A DNA stretch of 64,000 bases from a virus (Duplodnaviria; Caudoviricetes). The stretch covers positions 128,001-192,000 of the IMG/VR virus record IMGVR_UViG_3300028048_000001. One strand, given 5' to 3'. Made by a program: the position numbers and the translations under genes. This document shows positions 59,201-64,000 of this stretch, piece by piece; the first letter of the stretch is position 1; each line of letters starts with the position of its first letter. The notes under the pieces are model-generated. The model did no database searches and was not told the origin of the DNA. It was given only the letters and a program-made list of their open reading frames with translations.

Positions 59201-59860
59201 TTAAGTTAAAATGATATCAATTCTATCAATAAGACTTATATAAAGTCCTGTTGTATTTGATATAGAATACAACGGGATCCAAATAACTGTTTTTATAATA
59301 TTTCCTTTGTTAGTGACCATGCTTTCATCATATTTATTCTGCAGAAATTTTACCCATTTCTTAGCTAGCCCAAATGGTATATTTGATACATGTTTATCTA
59401 TCCAAGATAAACAGTTGCAAACATTACCGACGATTCCTCTATATTTCTTTTCTCCTATCATCTTAACATTAATAGGAGTTAATTCTCCTTTCTTTAATAT
59501 ATAAGGATTAAGCAATCTATAATCGTAGGTTGTACGATACAATTCTTTTAATTCATCATCTTTTTGTTCATCTGTTAAAGAATCGTTTTCATTAATCATA
59601 CCTTCTGCTAATTCATAGTCTACTTCAAGATCATGAGGAATAATATCACTATCATCATAATCATCTTTACTACCTAAAATAACTTGAATATTGGATGATA
59701 ATGGCACAACTAATGTATTTTCTTGATATAATTTTGCAACAAAACTTTCTATATTATCAAATTCTATTATTTCATTCTGATAAAATATTCCAGAGGAGGT
59801 TTTTACTTCCTCCTCTGGCTCATAATCCTTATTTTTTCCTTTGTTTCCAACTATAAACAT
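59201..59860 (-). CDS. hypothetical acidic protein
   Basis: aaggag RBS; early-type promoter at 59902. Confidence 0.7.
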   Translation of the reverse strand: MFIVGNKGKNKDYEPEEEVKTSSGIFYQNEIIEFDNIESFVAKLYQENTLVVPLSSNIQVILGSKDDYDDSDIIPHDLEVDYELAEGMINENDSLTDEQKDDELKELYRTTYDYRLLNPYILKKGELTPINVKMIGEKKYRGIVGNVCNCLSWIDKHVSNIPFGLAKKWVKFLQNKYDESMVTNKGNIIKTVIWIPLYSISNTTGLYISLIDRIDIILT

Positions 59861-59945
59861 AATTTAATCTCCTTTCATATTTTTAAAAAGATATTACGAC
59901 TTCAATATTATAATATCTTTTTAAGATAAAGAAGATTAAAAAACA

Positions 59946-60842
59946 TTAATAAATTTTAATATTAAATACTTTTTCTAATTCATCTCTAGCATCAACTATT
60001 TTACGATAATCATCAGGACTTATAGAATTTAAAGAAAATCTTCCTTTAACACCAGTTTCTTCCAATTCTCTTGAATAAAGAATAAGTATATCTTTAATTT
60101 CATCATAATCCATAGTATTAAGGATTCTGAGTATAGCAATATTTACAGAAGAATATACATATTCTTCATTAAAATCATCAAATTCATCAAACCTATCTGT
60201 CATTACAGCACAAAATAGATTAGTTAGTTGATCTTGAAATAATATTGTAAATATTTTTATTATAAGATCCTCATCCATAATATTTCTATTAATGTGCTGC
60301 ATTGCTCTTGTTGCTCTTCTTATATTTCTTCTTTCATCTGTAGATGAATATCTATTTATCACAATCCAAAGAGCATTAGATTCTACTAAATCCTTAGTAA
60401 CAATTTTATCAACAATTTCTTTATTAAATTTAAGAGCTATATTATACATAAGATTAGCACATTCTGTATTAAATATAGCATTCTTTACAGGATTTATCAT
60501 ATAAGCTCTATAAACTCTATTAAATCTGTTAATATAATCTTTAGTCATTATATTATTAAGATAAATAGACCCTGTACTATCTTTTAAAAGAATATCCATT
60601 GATTTAAGAAAATCTTTATCTGTAATAATTCTAAGACTATTTGGATTTTTATCTATAGCTGAAGTTAATAAATCTGTAATGTTGTTAAGTACAAAATTAC
60701 ACATTTCAACATAGCCATATTTAGATATTCTATTTTTTATAGATATAAATAATTGATAAATATCGTATGCAACATTTGGTCCTGCAATATTATTATTTAT
60801 TATATACTCATCTTTAATTTTAAAAGTAATATTGTTATCCAT
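59946..60842 (-). CDS. hypothetical helical protein
   Basis: 298-aa ORF in the thyA-dfr operon. Confidence 0.7.
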   Translation of the reverse strand: MDNNITFKIKDEYIINNNIAGPNVAYDIYQLFISIKNRISKYGYVEMCNFVLNNITDLLTSAIDKNPNSLRIITDKDFLKSMDILLKDSTGSIYLNNIMTKDYINRFNRVYRAYMINPVKNAIFNTECANLMYNIALKFNKEIVDKIVTKDLVESNALWIVINRYSSTDERRNIRRATRAMQHINRNIMDEDLIIKIFTILFQDQLTNLFCAVMTDRFDEFDDFNEEYVYSSVNIAILRILNTMDYDEIKDILILYSRELEETGVKGRFSLNSISPDDYRKIVDARDELEKVFNIKIY

Positions 60843-60846
60843 ATTT

Positions 60847-61530
60847 CTACCACACTATATTTTTATTTTTTAAATATTTATCTTTTCTGATATAGTGCCA
60901 AAATTCACAAATGATATCTCTATCATCATCTGTTTTTACAACATCTATATTTCTTACTATCCATTTAGGAGAATTATTTTCATCAAAATCTTTATCTAAA
61001 TTTAAAAAATATGAATCAGCTTCTTTATCAGAATTTACTTTTGTTACAAATATTTCATCAATATAAGTCATCATTTGATTATATATTGATGAACCACCAC
61101 ATACAAAAATATCATCTTCGTATGCAATTTTTCTAGAAAAATCGACAGCTTGCTCTATACTATTTGCTACTAATAATATAGGCTTTACATTAAATATTGT
61201 ATGATTATTATTACAATATTGAGAAAAAAGATTATATTTAAATAAATCTTTAAAATTTTCATTTTTTGTTTTAACTTCAACAGCTCTGCAAAAAGAAGAT
61301 TTAAATACAGATTCTTCATCTATATTATTTATATCTCTTGTAATAACAATATTTATTCGTCCCTTTAATGGAGCCTTATGAGGAAAAGATTTAAGAGTAT
61401 TATTTCCATATATAATTACTTTATCCATTGTTTTTTCTTTAAAAAAATTCATATCTTCTTTAATATGAAAAAGGAGTTTATTATCTTTTCCTATACCCCA
61501 ATTATTATTTATACACACTATAGATTTCAT
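60847..61530 (-). CDS. folA: dihydrofolate reductase with internal insertion
   Basis: WGIGKDNKL, EDMNFFK, PLKGRINIVITR, FVCGGSSIY, ADSYF. Confidence 0.9.
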   Translation of the reverse strand: MKSIVCINNNWGIGKDNKLLFHIKEDMNFFKEKTMDKVIIYGNNTLKSFPHKAPLKGRINIVITRDINNIDEESVFKSSFCRAVEVKTKNENFKDLFKYNLFSQYCNNNHTIFNVKPILLVANSIEQAVDFSRKIAYEDDIFVCGGSSIYNQMMTYIDEIFVTKVNSDKEADSYFLNLDKDFDENNSPKWIVRNIDVVKTDDDRDIICEFWHYIRKDKYLKNKNIVW

Positions 61531-61539
61531 ATAAGCACC

Positions 61540-62568
61540 TTACACTGCTATAGGAATATCTTTAATCTGAGGACCATGTTGATAATTAATAAATTTTACA
61601 TCGTTTTTAGTAAAATCATAAAAATTATGAATATCAGGATTAAGCCAAAAATCTGGAGCAGGATATTCTTCTCTAGAAATTAATTCATTAATAATTGGAA
61701 TGTGTCTATCATAAATATGGCAATCCGATATTACATGAATAAATTCACCAGCAATCATATCACAACATTGAGCAATCATATGAATAAGTACAGCATATTG
61801 TACTTCATTCCAACTAAGTGCAGCTAATACATCTTGTGATCTTTGATTTAAAATTCCATTAAGAACAAGTTTATTTGAATCTTTATCTTTCGTAACATTA
61901 AAAGTCATAGAATATGCACAAGGATAAAGATTCATTTCATATAAATCACTAAAATTATAAATATTTGTCATAATTCTTCTAGAATATGGATTATGCTTAA
62001 GATCCCAAATCACAGCATCTATTTGATCTAACTTAAGATATGCTACAATATCATAATTATCATCTTTTTTATATTTTACAGTAGTTTCATATTCTGCTGA
62101 TGGATAATATGAAATATCAACATTATTTTTCATATATTCATCTATCTCTTTGTAAAGATCAACAATATCAAAAGTTTCTTGATTATTATAACTAGTAATA
62201 ATATGATGATTATATTTTTGACCGATTTGATATCCATATGCTTTTCCAATACTGCCTCTATAATCTGCCCATTCGTCCCATATATTAAGTGACATATCAT
62301 CTATATTATGAGATTTTTTCTGCCAAATCCAAAGAAGTTCTTCTGTAGCAGATTTAATACCTGTAGGTCTTAATGTAATAACAGGAAATTCTTTTCTAAG
62401 ATCGTAACGATGAATAACACCGAATTTTTTAATAGTATATGCTTTTTCTCCAGTATCTGGCCAAATTGGTCTTACTAATTCTCCTTTTGTATCTGTACCA
62501 TTATTAATAATATCTCTACAAGTATTTTTAAATACTTTATCAGCATAAGACATTTTTATTTCCCCCAA
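61540..62568 (-). CDS. thyA: thymidylate synthase
   Basis: EELLWIW, IWDEWAD, SRRI, LYPC, QRSQD...WN..QY, HIYDRH, C-terminal IPIAV. Confidence 0.93.
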   Translation of the reverse strand: MGEIKMSYADKVFKNTCRDIINNGTDTKGELVRPIWPDTGEKAYTIKKFGVIHRYDLRKEFPVITLRPTGIKSATEELLWIWQKKSHNIDDMSLNIWDEWADYRGSIGKAYGYQIGQKYNHHIITSYNNQETFDIVDLYKEIDEYMKNNVDISYYPSAEYETTVKYKKDDNYDIVAYLKLDQIDAVIWDLKHNPYSRRIMTNIYNFSDLYEMNLYPCAYSMTFNVTKDKDSNKLVLNGILNQRSQDVLAALSWNEVQYAVLIHMIAQCCDMIAGEFIHVISDCHIYDRHIPIINELISREEYPAPDFWLNPDIHNFYDFTKNDVKFINYQHGPQIKDIPIAV

Positions 62569-62571
62569 ATT

Positions 62572-62922
62572 TTATATTTTATTAAAAAAATCAATAGCAT
62601 CTGATAAATTTATAATATCATCAGATTGATATCTGATACAATCACGATATAATACTATAGAATTTAACGGTTCTCTTTTAATATATTCTTTAAAATTTTC
62701 TAAATCATCATATCTATCAGAATCTATAATACCACTAGAATCGTAAAAATAATCATCAATTTTACACACAAAATGATTATATATTTGAGAATACCATATT
62801 TCCCCATTAAATAAATTTTTTAATATAAATGCAAACCAAAAGCATTTACCATTAAGAAAATAATATTTTAATTCATTAAATTGAGAAATAAAAGATATTA
62901 TATTAGACATTTTATTATCCAT
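62572..62922 (-). CDS. hypothetical protein with papain-like C/H/D pattern
   Basis: GKCFWFA..L, NHFVCKI, FYDSSG. Confidence 0.55.
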   Translation of the reverse strand: MDNKMSNIISFISQFNELKYYFLNGKCFWFAFILKNLFNGEIWYSQIYNHFVCKIDDYFYDSSGIIDSDRYDDLENFKEYIKREPLNSIVLYRDCIRYQSDDIINLSDAIDFFNKI

Positions 62923-62985
62923 ATTAATTAATCCTTTTTATTTTTTATTTATATAAAGTCTATTAAAAAATAAAAAATAAATTTG

Positions 62986-63007
62986 CAGGGACCTTTATGG
63001 TCCCTGC
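62986..63007 (-). terminator. intrinsic terminator
   Basis: gcagggacc-tttat-ggtccctgc with T-rich tract downstream on the minus strand. Confidence 0.75.
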
Positions 63008-63014
63008 TATTATT

Positions 63015-63212
63015 TTACTTGCTGTGATCTTCACAAGAAGTGCAGACTTTATCAGAAGGAGAATCTTTCTCCTCCTTATAGATCAACTCAGCAACTTTTC
63101 CTGCCATCTTAGACACAGCAGCAATTAATGTCATCTGAATGGCGAGCCATCCGATTGTACACATCAAAGTATCAAACTTCTTGTTGGATGTGCAGTAATA
63201 ATACTTATTCAT
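63015..63212 (-). CDS. small membrane protein
   Basis: probable start MNKYYY after aaggagg; one hydrophobic helix. Confidence 0.6.
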   Translation of the reverse strand: MNKYYYCTSNKKFDTLMCTIGWLAIQMTLIAAVSKMAGKVAELIYKEEKDSPSDKVCTSCEDHSK

Positions 63213-63375
63213 TTTTTTCCTCCTTCTTCTCTTCTCTCTTGCTACCTCTGATCTTTTTAATAACAGCAAGAATTGTGCACAAAATACCAATGCGCAGAAT
63301 CATCCATCCTATATCACTACAGAAGTCTTCCATTGGACCCGGAAGTCCAATCAAGTTGAAATTCTTTTCTCTCAT
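63205..63375 (-). CDS. 56-aa membrane protein missing from the ORF track
   Basis: aaggagg RBS; MREKNFNL...WMILRIGILCTILAVIKK. Confidence 0.6.
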   Translation of the reverse strand: MREKNFNLIGLPGPMEDFCSDIGWMILRIGILCTILAVIKKIRGSKREEKKEEKNE

Positions 63376-63492
63376 TTTTTCCTCCTTTTTACTTTAGTTA
63401 TCGAATAAACAATAGATCCGATATCTATTCATTCATTCACTTTTATATCATCTAATTGAAAAATTTAACTTTTTAAAAAATAAAAAGAAGGA

Positions 63493-63846
63493 TTATTCAT
63501 CCTTCTTTTTATTATCTGGTAATAATTTTACCCATGTATATAACTTTTTCATTATATTGATTATTTTAATATAAAATTTATAAATATCTATATCTTCATT
63601 ATTTATTCTTGATTTTTGAACAATATCACTTATATCATAATATAAGCTTATTAAATATTTCCCATTAGGTTTATTTTTTAATAAATTAAAATCAGAAATT
63701 ATACCATTTTCATCACATAATTTCAATCTTTCTTCAATAGATTCTGGCATATATTCTACAAACCATTTTTTAGGTAATGTATCTAAATTTGGTAAATCTA
63801 TATCTTTATCAAACATTATATATGGACAAGACCATCCTTCATCCAT
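63493..63846 (-). CDS. hypothetical protein, probably starting beyond the window end
   Basis: reading frame appears to extend towards 64000 (YKTKYSCSGH). Confidence 0.55.
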   Translation of the reverse strand: MDEGWSCPYIMFDKDIDLPNLDTLPKKWFVEYMPESIEERLKLCDENGIISDFNLLKNKPNGKYLISLYYDISDIVQKSRINNEDIDIYKFYIKIINIMKKLYTWVKLLPDNKKKDE

Positions 63847-64000
63847 TTCTCTATTTTTATTATCTGTAAATATTAAATTAGAACATTCTATATCATATTC
63901 ACCAAAATCAAAAGCAATATCTTCAAGATTATTTTTAAAGTAATGTCCAGAACAGCTATATTTAGTCTTATATCCTTTTTGATTAAGTATCTGTATGATT

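Noticed and set aside
61540-62568. Nucleotide hydroxymethylase for modified DNA
   Set aside because: Specificity Asn, C-terminal IPIAV and adjacent DHFR fit a canonical thymidylate synthase.
1-64000. tRNA, rRNA, integrase or transposase genes
   Set aside because: None recognised by eye; a tRNAscan or Infernal run would be needed to exclude atypical RNAs.

Overview
AT-rich segment of a jumbo myophage of the phiKZ/AR9(PBS1)-like lineage, read with the standard genetic code. The host is probably an anaerobic Firmicute (class III RNR, SH3b-containing lytic transglycosylase, strong AGGAG RBSs). 3-24 kb (+) is a late/virion block: repeat-rich fibre proteins, two GT2 glycosyltransferases (one frameshifted), tail sheath and tube. 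25-64 kb (mostly -) holds the portal, the N-terminal half of a split PolB, SbcC, both halves of a split RNA polymerase beta subunit, NAD-dependent ligase, a free-standing HNH nuclease, nrdG, nrdD, DHFR and ThyA. Best-supported surprise: nrdD is interrupted by four ORF-less group I introns; two flank an 8-nt micro-exon, and one appears to end in A instead of the canonical omega-G. Other candidates: a small transcript at 5.3-5.5 kb carrying anti-RBS/anti-start cassettes (or two micropeptides on the other strand), a shared (D/E/N/P)A(I/V/L)xF peptide in DNA-transaction enzymes, dispersed fibre docking modules, and two structured RNAs. All calls come from manual motif reading; no database search was run.
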